From an uncultured Deferribacteraceae bacterium (GTDB lineage Bacteria > Chrysiogenota > Deferribacteres > CAMZNJ01), in NCBI GenBank assembly GCA_947313855.1, contig CAMZNS010000026.1:2141-66140 (forward strand): a stretch of DNA of 64,000 nucleotides. Reading direction: 5' to 3'. Below the pieces are notes generated by a model. The model was given only the letters and a program-made list of their open reading frames with translations, was not told the DNA's origin and ran no database searches. This document shows positions 39,701 through 47,764 of this stretch, one piece after another. Within the stretch, counting starts at the first letter, position 1. Each line of letters opens with the position of its first letter. The translations under genes were made by a program, and so were the position numbers.

Positions 39701-40336
39701 AGTAGATACATACCAAACAGCAGACTAGCAATAATCTCAACCAACAACATCATACTAAACGAAAGCCTCGACGATACCGTGGAAAGCATACAAAACATCT
39801 CCCTACCCGAGGACTACCACTACATAAACACTGTAATACTCAATCAGTGCCGTGAGTTTGGTGGTGCAGGTATGCTGAGCTACCTTGAAACAACAGCACC
39901 CTTCGCTGGAAACGAGGATACTGGCAACGATGCTGGGGGAGTTGCAGGGAAACATGCGAAACCGTCACAGTACTTCATGAGGTACAGCGAACTCTCCGGA
40001 CTACCACTGGGGGGCAACATTATCGTTATGCCAAATTGCGTAGATACGCCGAACTTCCGATGGAACATGGGCAACGTAAGATCTATCCCAACAGCACTCT
40101 ACTTCGCACAAGCATCGACACTGCTGAGAAACGTTGCGGACGCAGACGAAAGTAGTCGCATCTTCATGACGCAATACATGTACGAAGCGTTTCAAGAGGG
40201 ACAAAACGGGGTAGACGCCTTACACACGGTGCAAGAACGCTACATGAACGGGGCACTAGGGGCAGACCTGACCGATCCGAAGTACTGGAACAAGTTTAGG
40301 GTGTATGCAAACATCTACAGACAACGAACACCCTAA
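36767..40336 (+). CDS. Exported TPR-repeat protein with a degenerate C-terminal CHAT domain
   Basis: Signal peptide ending AFA; many TPR-like helices; C-terminal IIVMPNC...ALHTVQ...PKYWNKF matches the CHAT end motifs. Confidence 0.8.
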   Translation: MLSPHCLTKRLPKYFASPLVFLFMWLSVLPTVLPTAFAEGVDGGANNSSSDLAPLDLQVSISNSVPDVIIDKKAVAKFQKYITKLQSSLNDANENFAEGKYKKSGKLFADAAIQIEKTDRPDNLKLFAIHYSAAYSFYLTGNTGATIAHINSALDNLGRYRAKGRFAEVDEGVDSGVDGATQESIKRAEMESYYILGDALIAENMISQGQQALLSAINLADEINEEPFARSVNWRLFQEQSKHGDQEEALVTLNRSLNYYQRDKNDFMIATTLYQKGVIQLDNNDYSASYRSFSNAISIAKNHGYLELLGRSYMGLSESSLGIGSYYNAAMNLENAIDIVVSAEMSDVYLPSSRKLINIYRLIGEYEKALYISDKRVQFAIEQQNTTLEAQLYVEKGDTYRYDNDLHNATLLYMAAISTIKNAQGVGLSAKDKDENSITLGDTYYKLTTAYSEMGDTTKTEIYALEAIVALNNLKDKRVTEVYTTLGNTYLTLHLYSQATNTLNTALKMSDKYGQGNQKPYIYERLGLGYKAMGDVKQSIALLEKSLNLRQDYTVATSLGALYILEGSLDKGTKILADAVDYYNSTTNQIMQANSRYNYAVANLKGGNYVAAMSNIQIAHNIDRKMGGNNGDNILVAQDLYTKAAIQYYTNNFADSITNANSATRIVEKLIGEGNVSVVDGYKTMIRQIQHLKIASAIRNNDTVTALRAGEYLNLLDLPQGYANFNLKTLQQALNSSEIMFAFLPADVNTQDGLLDTAVITITRTTVAGDIVALPLQKTKGSKLKTTLQPLLVEQLSSPTPYRFDYPYTDIARGAEIIGNQRNPQNSQLLYQNLMQPYEADKQLEGKVIWFYAVSVYSQIDFEMLQRKDNTLLAQSNRIVYTPSIAPLGAEPKYVEARRQLNRTVVVADKGVAAKGKNYHIENVSTYLLALEEATHMGVTTNYFEGNMALGALYNSLKMRNNGNTQKILPPKMTAEGLSRYIPNSRLAIISTNNIILNESLDDTVESIQNISLPEDYHYINTVILNQCREFGGAGMLSYLETTAPFAGNEDTGNDAGGVAGKHAKPSQYFMRYSELSGLPLGGNIIVMPNCVDTPNFRWNMGNVRSIPTALYFAQASTLLRNVADADESSRIFMTQYMYEAFQEGQNGVDALHTVQERYMNGALGADLTDPKYWNKFRVYANIYRQRTP

Positions 40337-42159
40337 GGGAACATGGGCGTGGTAACATGATCGTGGTGTCCCGAGCTGGACTCCCGAACCAATGACGACA
40401 AGGCGGTAGCACACTTGCCTGTGTAAAGAATCTGCACAGTGTTCCCCCGAACAATAATACCAGTAGCTCCAAGGTTTAACTTCCAAAGGGATGAAGCCGC
40501 AACGAGACTACTATTCACCACAGCGGCAACGATGGTGTTGTGGAATGTGCTCAAGCTGACAATATTCTCCCGACCACCTAGGGCGTGGCTAATATCCGCG
40601 TAGGAGAGAACTGCATCTTTGGTGCTCGCGTCTTCGGTGCTCGCATCTTCGGTGCTCGCATCTTCGGTGCTCGCATCTTTGGTGATCGCATCTTTGGTGA
40701 TCGCATCTTCTAGCCCCTTGCTGCGAGACCCATACGCCCACGAAGCAGTATGCACACCATTTATCTTGCCCGTTTTAATATCGAAAAACCGACCGCTATC
40801 CTCCCCCAAAGAACATGTGGTAGGCACCTTAGGGTTTAACGTCGAAAGAATAACGTTGAAACCCTTGCCAGGGGCACTAATCCTCAACTTCGCAATGAGA
40901 ACGCGGAACGTGGTGTACACAAAAATACTGTACAAAATACCCACGAACACAAGGCGGAAAAGGGAACCACCAAAACCACCATCAACAATGGAAGGGATCG
41001 CACTAAACATAAGCAGAAGACTATCGGAGTGGATGTGAATATGAGCCAAATCCGACACAACAGAACCCAAACCCGAAAATAAAATATGCACAACATACAA
41101 AATAGGAGACAAAAAGATTAACAAAAAACCGATGGTACTAGTGTAGCCAGTGAGAAGGATGGTGAAAAAGCCACCAAGGAAAATTATGCGGTAAGAGGAA
41201 CGAACACTACGATGGATGGAGTGGTAGATGGCAAGGATAGCAGACGCAAGGGCGAAATCTGACAGCATGTTAGGAGCTATGCCACTCTGAACCAAAGGAA
41301 CAGTATCACTAACACCACCACCAGCCACACCAACGGTGTACATACCGTTCAGGTAGCCGTAACTAATCTCAATGGAGCTGATAGGATAAAGACCAGCAGA
41401 GGAAAGAGCATGAGTAAGGGAACCATAAACAAATAACGACAGGTGCGGGAAGGTAGACAAATGATGCAAAACAGTATCGTTGGTCGCGTAAACGAAGTAC
41501 TGAACAAAAGGCAGAACCGTCGAAAATAGGGCACTAGTCAAAATAGAAACGATGATAGCAACAAAAACCACCAAGACGAAGCGACTCAATATAAAAGGGG
41601 AAGGGGACGATACCGATGTAAATAACACCGCACGACTGTAAACAAATGCACCAAGACCACCCGAAACAATACCAACAAGAATACCCATATCTAACGCAGG
41701 GAAACCGAAAACACTAATGAAATGAAGGGGCGTTTGGATCGTATGGGGCATGGACATAATAAATATGGAACTAACAGAGAGCATCTCCTTGGTAATCCCA
41801 AAAATAAGACCAGTAAAATAGTTGACCAAAATAAAAATAAACAGTGAAGTAGCACCGCCAGCAAGAGCACTGCGAGACCATGCCGCACCGATAATAATAG
41901 CGAAAATAACACTAATATTGCCCAGTATCCACCAACCAGTACCGCCAACTAGTTGGGAGAGGGACTGAGCCGATGAAAAACTCGGCGTGAAAACACTGCC
42001 GACGCAACCAACAAGAATGAGTGCACCAGCGATGGGCAAAACAGCAATGGAAGCGATAATAGCAGCAGAGAGCTTGCCAAAATTGTCTTGATATGAGAAA
42101 CGCCATGACTGTTGCCATCGCCATGGGGCTAGGGGGGTTGTTCGTTTAAGCATAGGCAC
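40333..42159 (-). CDS. Degenerate glucose-family PTS EIICB-like protein
   Basis: IAVLPIAG, LDMGILVGIVSG, APGK linker, ALGGRENIV, LGATGII...VQILY; EIIB Cys absent. Confidence 0.8.
   Translation of the reverse strand: MPMLKRTTPLAPWRWQQSWRFSYQDNFGKLSAAIIASIAVLPIAGALILVGCVGSVFTPSFSSAQSLSQLVGGTGWWILGNISVIFAIIIGAAWSRSALAGGATSLFIFILVNYFTGLIFGITKEMLSVSSIFIMSMPHTIQTPLHFISVFGFPALDMGILVGIVSGGLGAFVYSRAVLFTSVSSPSPFILSRFVLVVFVAIIVSILTSALFSTVLPFVQYFVYATNDTVLHHLSTFPHLSLFVYGSLTHALSSAGLYPISSIEISYGYLNGMYTVGVAGGGVSDTVPLVQSGIAPNMLSDFALASAILAIYHSIHRSVRSSYRIIFLGGFFTILLTGYTSTIGFLLIFLSPILYVVHILFSGLGSVVSDLAHIHIHSDSLLLMFSAIPSIVDGGFGGSLFRLVFVGILYSIFVYTTFRVLIAKLRISAPGKGFNVILSTLNPKVPTTCSLGEDSGRFFDIKTGKINGVHTASWAYGSRSKGLEDAITKDAITKDASTEDASTEDASTEDASTKDAVLSYADISHALGGRENIVSLSTFHNTIVAAVVNSSLVAASSLWKLNLGATGIIVRGNTVQILYTGKCATALSSLVRESSSGHHDHVTTPMFP
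40613..40709 (-). repeat. In-frame 15-bp repeat ([E/K]DA[I/S]T) about x6 in the EIIC-EIIB linker
   Basis: Read directly. Confidence 0.93.
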
Positions 42160-42194
42160 CTACTAGGTAGATTTAGCATGCAACGGGGTGGGGG

Positions 42195-42296
42195 GCAGTG
42201 CAGGGTAGGTAGTGCAGGTTAAGGCAGTGGCACGGTGCAGTGTAATGCGGAATAATGCAGCGACACGGTGCAGTGCGGAATAATGTAGCGGCAGTA
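42195..42296. repeat. Degenerate GCAGTG / CACGGTGCAGTG..GCGGAATAATG repeats upstream of the PTS-like gene
   Basis: Read directly. Confidence 0.7.
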
Positions 42297-42530
42297 CCAA
42301 TAAATATGGCGTAACCCACGTGTTGTCATGTAAAAATACATGGATTTAATACTGCAGTGTAGCACCTATTAATTTAAAAGTAAACACGTCTTTATAATTT
42401 TATTGTGGTGGGGAAAGAACCCCTAAAACAATACATCAGAGTATATCTTACAATTTAATATTTATTATAAACTAATGTTTTGTTACCAATAGTAAAACAC
42501 ATTTCTAATATTTTAGATCGTTTGCGACAC

Positions 42531-43463
42531 CTACTCCCCCCTTGTTATGGAGGCGTATTCGGTCATTAGTGCGTGTACGCCGTGTTCATGTCCGTGTTTC
42601 GATGTGTACTGGGTGAGAACCTCACGAGCTTGCACAAATTTCTGCAGATCCATCAATTTGGAGGCGTAGTAGCGATAGATGTAGGGGTTGCTGTTGTTGT
42701 TGTCGTTGCTGTTGACATATTTTTGGCATGCTTTGATGGTGTAGTTGTTTTCGGTGGGTGCCATCAGTCTGTGAACGGATTCCAGTAGTGAGCCGGCGGT
42801 GAATAGTGGTGTGTTGAGGTATTTGTCCATGTGACGCTGGAATTTGGCAGGTTTTTCGGTTTCGATGTAGTGTTTGAGGAGTTCGAAGTGTATTGTGGGG
42901 TTGTTTTCGTATTGCACCAGCAGTTTTTGCAATCCGCGTCCACGTCCGTTCCCTTTTGTGTTGAGCACTTTTTGGATTGCGATATCCATGTGATCTGTGG
43001 GTTTGGCGTCCCCTGTTATCGCTTCTAGGTGCGACAGTGCTTTTTCGGCATTATCGAACTGTCCTAGCTGTTTGTAGGTTTCGTACATTTGGTTTCGTAT
43101 TGAGACAGTGATGTGTTGTTTGTCGAGTTGTTTGAGGTAGTGCAGAGCACTGTCGTACTGTTGTAGTTCGAAGAAGCTTTCGAAAGCGATTTTGGTGGCG
43201 AGGTTTTTGAGGTTTCGTGATAGTTCGCTGTAGAGTGGTGATCCGCTACGCAGGATGTCTTCGCAGATGAGTGCGGCACCTTTGTGCATGGAGTTGTTTC
43301 GGAGTATTATTGCGGACATTAGGTAGAGGTTTGGGTTTGTGGTGATGAGTTGTTTGTTTCGTTCGATGTAGGCTAGAGTTTTTTGGTCGTTCCCTTCGAG
43401 GGAGTGCAGTAGTCCTTCGAACAGGGTGCTGTCCAGAGTGATGTTGTTGTTTTTGTTGAACAT
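42531..43463 (-). CDS. Divergent LapB-like TPR protein (no rubredoxin domain)
   Basis: FEGL....DQK...LYL....LRN...A..ICEDIL resembles the LapB N-terminal TPRs; follows a lapA-like gene; GGAGG RBS. Confidence 0.55.
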   Translation of the reverse strand: MFNKNNNITLDSTLFEGLLHSLEGNDQKTLAYIERNKQLITTNPNLYLMSAIILRNNSMHKGAALICEDILRSGSPLYSELSRNLKNLATKIAFESFFELQQYDSALHYLKQLDKQHITVSIRNQMYETYKQLGQFDNAEKALSHLEAITGDAKPTDHMDIAIQKVLNTKGNGRGRGLQKLLVQYENNPTIHFELLKHYIETEKPAKFQRHMDKYLNTPLFTAGSLLESVHRLMAPTENNYTIKACQKYVNSNDNNNSNPYIYRYYASKLMDLQKFVQAREVLTQYTSKHGHEHGVHALMTEYASITRGE

Positions 43464-43507
43464 TATTGTGGTTCCTCCGGTGTTGATGTTCGGTGTTGTG
43501 GTTGGTG

Positions 43508-44212
43508 TTAGATTTGGGTACCTTTTTTGCTTGCGTACCCCATATTTTTTTTAGTTTTTTGATTATCCTTCTTGTTTTTGGATTTTTTGTTAGCGTCTTT
43601 GTTAGCGTCTTTGTTTTCGTCTTTGTTAGCGTCTTTGTTAGCGTCTTTGTTAGCGTCTTTGTTAGCGTCTTTGTTTTCGTCTTTGTTTTCGTCTTTGCTA
43701 GTATTTTTGTTGGATTTTTTGTTGGAGTCAACATTTGGTGCGACGTCGGCATTTACGCTGAGGTCGATGTTGTTGGTATTGGTATTGGTTTGCGTTGTTG
43801 TTTTGTTGTCGGTGATTTTGTTGTCGGTGATTTTGTTGTTGGAGGTTTTGTTTTTGAGTCCGAGGCTGAGGTTGTTCATTGCACCGGTGTTGCTTTGTTT
43901 TTTGTCTGTGGCGAGGAATCGTTCTTTCAGTGCGAAAATCTCTTTGTCTTTGGTGCGAATAGTTTTGTTGAGTTTGTATTCGTTGACCCTAGCTTTTACT
44001 TTGTTGATTGAGATGTAGACGATGCTTAGTAGTAGTCCTGCACCGAATGATGCGAATACAACGACGAATAGTGGCATTGAGATGGGTTCGAGGTTTGTTA
44101 GAGGTCCGATGTTTGTGAATAGTACAACATTGACAGAGTTGTAGTTTAGGTATGAGAATAGGAATAGGTAAGAGATTACGAGAATTTTGAGTAGTGTTAG
44201 TGCGATTTTCAT
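43508..44212 (-). CDS. LapA-family membrane protein with a long N/K/D/T low-complexity tail
   Basis: GGAGG RBS, TM-N..V.V-PLFVVVFASFGAGLL-coiled coil; 12-bp NKD[A/E] repeat at about 43587-43698. Confidence 0.7.
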   Translation of the reverse strand: MKIALTLLKILVISYLFLFSYLNYNSVNVVLFTNIGPLTNLEPISMPLFVVVFASFGAGLLLSIVYISINKVKARVNEYKLNKTIRTKDKEIFALKERFLATDKKQSNTGAMNNLSLGLKNKTSNNKITDNKITDNKTTTQTNTNTNNIDLSVNADVAPNVDSNKKSNKNTSKDENKDENKDANKDANKDANKDANKDENKDANKDANKKSKNKKDNQKTKKNMGYASKKGTQI

Positions 44213-44225
44213 TTTGTCCTCCGTG

Positions 44226-44726
44226 TTAGGTATTATTGAAGATTGATTGTATAATTTTGAAGCTTTCGTCCATGCTTTGTGAGATAACGCGAGTGTTTCC
44301 GAGTACAGGCATGAAGTTTGTGTCTCCTTGCCATCGTGGTACGATGTGCATGTGGATATGGTCTGCGATGCCTGCACCGCCGGCGTTTCCGATGTTGAAT
44401 CCGATGTTGAATCCGTGTGCGTTCATTTTGGTGGTGAGTCCTTTTGTGATGTCCATAGCGAGTCTGTTCATTTCGGCGATGGTGTTGTTGTTGAGGTTGT
44501 GGAAGGTATTTTCGTGTATGTATGGTACGACCATGACGTGTCCGTTGTTGTAGGGGTATAGGTTCATGACGACGTAGGAGTGTTCCCCTTTGTGTGCTAC
44601 GAGGTTGTTGGTGTTGTTGTTTTGGTTGTTTTCCATTGGTGCGAGGCAAAATACGCATTCGTCTTGAGATTTGTCCCTGGCAACATATTTGCCACGCCAT
44701 GGGGAGTGCAGTATGTCAAGGTTCAT
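44226..44726 (-). CDS. HIT-family hydrolase (Ap4A phosphorylase/FHIT-like)
   Basis: PWR, CVFC, NLYPYNNGH, HIHMHIVPRW. Confidence 0.92.
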   Translation of the reverse strand: MNLDILHSPWRGKYVARDKSQDECVFCLAPMENNQNNNTNNLVAHKGEHSYVVMNLYPYNNGHVMVVPYIHENTFHNLNNNTIAEMNRLAMDITKGLTTKMNAHGFNIGFNIGNAGGAGIADHIHMHIVPRWQGDTNFMPVLGNTRVISQSMDESFKIIQSIFNNT

Positions 44727-44752
44727 GTTTCAGCCTCCTTGCTGTTGTTTGT

Positions 44753-45526
44753 TTAGATGTAGCTTCTTGCTCCGAGGTATATTTTTTTGAAGTAGGGGTT
44801 GTCCATGGAAGTTGTTTGCACATTTTTGCCTGATGAGGGTGCGTGAATGAAGTTGTTGTTGCCGACGTATATGCCCACATGGGAGGCTTTTTTCCCACCG
44901 GATGTGGCGAAGAAGACGAGATCTCCTTCACGTAGTCGGTCTCTTGGTACGAAGTTCCCTTGTTTGAATTGTTCGGCTGCTACTCGTGGTAATTTGAAGC
45001 CGTTTTGTGCGTAGACGGTGTAAGTTAGTCCGCTGCAGTCGAATCCTGCGGATGAGTTTGTGCCGCCCCATAGGTATGGTGTTCCGATGTATGATCCTGC
45101 TGATGCTGTGATATCTCTTCGGGCACGGTTTTTGGTTCCGGTTGAGAGTGTTTCGCCAGGGTTGTAGATGGGTGTTACGATTGTGAAGTTGTTGTAGAGT
45201 CCGTCTTTTTTGTATTTGCGTGCGTATTTTGTTGCTTGGAATTTGGTGAAGAAGTTTCCGAACATAACGTGGTACTTCCCTGATTTCCCTTTGAAGTAGT
45301 ATGCGTCGACATTGAGATTGTTTAGTTTGAGTTGTAGGTTGACGGCACTGTTGACGTTTTGGAAGGATCCGACTTGAACGTTGTATGGTTTGAAGTAGAT
45401 GGGTTTGTCTTTGTTGTTGATGGACACGCTGGATCCGCCGCAGCTGGTAAGTATTATTAGTATGGTGATTAGTGTTGCGGGTAGTAGGGCGTATTTTTTG
45501 AGATTCGGGAGTGCCTGTTGTTTCAT
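44753..45526 (-). CDS. SPOR + NlpC/P60 peptidoglycan endopeptidase lipoprotein
   Basis: Lipobox LTSC, VQVGSF (SPOR), PYLWGG, FDCSG, GDLVFF, HVGIY, FIHA. Start approximate. Confidence 0.9.
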   Translation of the reverse strand: MKQQALPNLKKYALLPATLITILIILTSCGGSSVSINNKDKPIYFKPYNVQVGSFQNVNSAVNLQLKLNNLNVDAYYFKGKSGKYHVMFGNFFTKFQATKYARKYKKDGLYNNFTIVTPIYNPGETLSTGTKNRARRDITASAGSYIGTPYLWGGTNSSAGFDCSGLTYTVYAQNGFKLPRVAAEQFKQGNFVPRDRLREGDLVFFATSGGKKASHVGIYVGNNNFIHAPSSGKNVQTTSMDNPYFKKIYLGARSYI

Positions 45527-45714
45527 AGAGCCATGCCTCAGGTTTCTGTTTGAGAGTTTCTGTATTTTTGTTTTTATCGTCTTAGTATACATCACAACCC
45601 ACATAAAAGTAAATACACCGTTTTGCCATGTTTTTGCCATGTTTAAGTCATGGAGCAGTCGAGAATAGTTTTTGTGGGGGTTGTTGGGTGTGTTGTTGGT
45701 GGAAATAAATTGTA

Positions 45715-45742
45715 TTGCGAGGTGCGGTGTTTCCTGTATAAT
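45715..45742 (+). promoter_or_regulatory. Candidate yigZ promoter
   Basis: TTGCGA-N16-TATAAT. Confidence 0.5.
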
Positions 45743-45775
45743 GAATTATTATTTGTGTAGTTAATATTTACGACC

Positions 45776-46453
45776 ATGAAGGAGTTGTTCGTCTTGAAAG
45801 GTGAAGAGAGGTCTGCAGCGACCAATAATAAGAAGAATGAGCACGAGCACGAGAATGAGCAGTTAACAATCGTGGGGCGTCCATCCCCCTGTGAGCTTGT
45901 CATCAAAAAGAGCAAGTTTATTACCAATATGGCCAGAGTGTCGTCTGTGCAGGAGGCGAAAGCGTTTGTCGGCGAAATCAAACAGATACACAGTACGGCC
46001 ACACACAACTGCTCAGCATTCCTTATTCAAGACGGCGTAATGGGGTACTCCGACGATGGCGAACCGCACCAAACAGCGGGGGCACCCATGCTCAACGTCC
46101 TTGATAAATGGATGATGCGTGAGGTTGCTGTTGTCGTAACACGATACTTCGGCGGCACAAAACTTGGCACAGGTGGTCTTATTCGTGCATATTCCGGTGC
46201 TGTTGTGGAAGCCTTATCGGTCACGGATCTTGTGGAGTTTGTGGAGATGATAGGGGTTATGGCCACCATGCCCTACAATGTCGTAAACGGATTCCAGTAC
46301 CTCCTTGCACAAAATAGCTCCAACGTGAGGGTTATGTCCAAAACTTTTGAAGAGGAAGCGGTATTTATTGTAGAAGTCAAATACCCCTCAGTATCCAAGT
46401 TTATTACCGATGCCTACGCTATTGGGGTCAAGAGTGTTGACGTTTACGAATAA
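45776..46453 (+). CDS. yigZ: YigZ/IMPACT family protein
   Basis: KKSKF, ATHNCSA, DDGEP..TAG.P, RYFGGTKLGTGGLIRAY. Confidence 0.93.
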   Translation: MKELFVLKGEERSAATNNKKNEHEHENEQLTIVGRPSPCELVIKKSKFITNMARVSSVQEAKAFVGEIKQIHSTATHNCSAFLIQDGVMGYSDDGEPHQTAGAPMLNVLDKWMMREVAVVVTRYFGGTKLGTGGLIRAYSGAVVEALSVTDLVEFVEMIGVMATMPYNVVNGFQYLLAQNSSNVRVMSKTFEEEAVFIVEVKYPSVSKFITDAYAIGVKSVDVYE

Positions 46454-46475
46454 CGCTAACCCTGTGCTGTAAATA

Positions 46476-46527
46476 TTGCACAAGTCATCCATAATCTATA
46501 TTATTTTTGCGTATTATGTGCTACAAT
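46476..46527 (+). promoter_or_regulatory. Candidate recA promoters
   Basis: TTGCAC-N17-TATTAT (46476-46504) and extended -10 TGCTACAAT (46519-46527). Confidence 0.5.
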
Positions 46528-46623
46528 GACGTGCACTAGAAGCTACCACGATACAACACAAATATCTGAATGAAAATTTCATACCTGTGATGCACTGTGG
46601 ATTACTATTGAGGTACTGTTTTT

Positions 46624-47745
46624 ATGGACAACAAAGACAAACAAAAAGCGTTGGAGCTTGCCATGAGCAAGATCGAAAAAGACTTCGGCAAAGGGATGCT
46701 CATGAGACTAGGTGACAAATCCGCCAACACAGGGATGGAAGTTATCCCCACAGGAGCACTAGCACTAGACGTTGCCCTAGGGGTCGGCGGCATACCCAAA
46801 GGACGTATCGTAGAAATATACGGCGCGGAATCTAGCGGCAAAACAACTATCGCACTCCACATTGTAGCCGAATCACAAAAACTCGGCGGAGTCGCAGCAT
46901 TTGTCGACGCCGAACACGCTCTCGACCCTCAATACGCAAAAGCCATAGGGGTAGACGTGGACAACCTACTCGTATCACAACCCGATAGCGGCGAAGCAGC
47001 ACTCGAAATCGTCGAAACACTAGTGCGTAGCAGTGCTGTGGATATCATCGTCGTCGACTCCGTGGCAGCACTCGTTCCACAAGCCGAAATCGATGGCGAC
47101 ATGGGCGACTCACACATGGGAGTGCAAGCAAGACTCATGAGCCAAGCATTACGCAAACTCACTGCCATCGTCTCCAAATCCGGCACAACTCTCATCTTCA
47201 TCAACCAGATACGACTCAAAATAGGCGTGGTCTTCGGAAACCCAGAAACAACAACAGGAGGAAACGCACTCAAATTCTACTCCTCAATCAGGCTCGAAGT
47301 AAGAAGATCAACAGCAATCAAAGACAAAGACGCTGTCCTAGGAAACAAAACTAACATCAAAGTTGTCAAAAACAAAGTCGCACCACCTTTCCAACAAGCA
47401 GCATGCGAAATTATCTACGGACACGGCGTTAGCCGCGAATCCATGCTACTCGATTACGGTATCGAACTCGAAACAATCCAAAAAGCAGGATCATGGTACT
47501 CAATGGGCGACACCAAAATAGGACAAGGTTCCGAAAGTGCCAAACAATACCTCATGGACAACAAAGAAATCGCTGACGAAATAGAAAAAGTTGTGCGAAC
47601 AAAATACGACATTCTACTAGACAGCAACGGACGACTAATCAAAAAAACACCCGAATCAACCGAAACCGAAACCAAATCAACCAAAACCAAACCAACCGAA
47701 ACCAAACCCAAAACAACCAAACCGCGAACAAAAAAAACAACATAG
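46624..47745 (+). CDS. recA: Recombinase RecA with a basic T/K/P-rich tail
   Basis: [31 protein letters not shown]. Confidence 0.99.
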   Translation: MDNKDKQKALELAMSKIEKDFGKGMLMRLGDKSANTGMEVIPTGALALDVALGVGGIPKGRIVEIYGAESSGKTTIALHIVAESQKLGGVAAFVDAEHALDPQYAKAIGVDVDNLLVSQPDSGEAALEIVETLVRSSAVDIIVVDSVAALVPQAEIDGDMGDSHMGVQARLMSQALRKLTAIVSKSGTTLIFINQIRLKIGVVFGNPETTTGGNALKFYSSIRLEVRRSTAIKDKDAVLGNKTNIKVVKNKVAPPFQQAACEIIYGHGVSRESMLLDYGIELETIQKAGSWYSMGDTKIGQGSESAKQYLMDNKEIADEIEKVVRTKYDILLDSNGRLIKKTPESTETETKSTKTKPTETKPKTTKPRTKKTT

Positions 47746-47764
47746 CTGAACGGGGGGCTTCCCA

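Noticed and set aside
42300..42530. oriC or sRNA in the AT-rich gap
   Set aside because: No DnaA boxes and no convincing stable structure or terminator.
43493..44018. Antisense hydrophobic ORFs (FVSV/LLAS repeats)
   Set aside because: They are the reverse complement of the lapA tail repeat.
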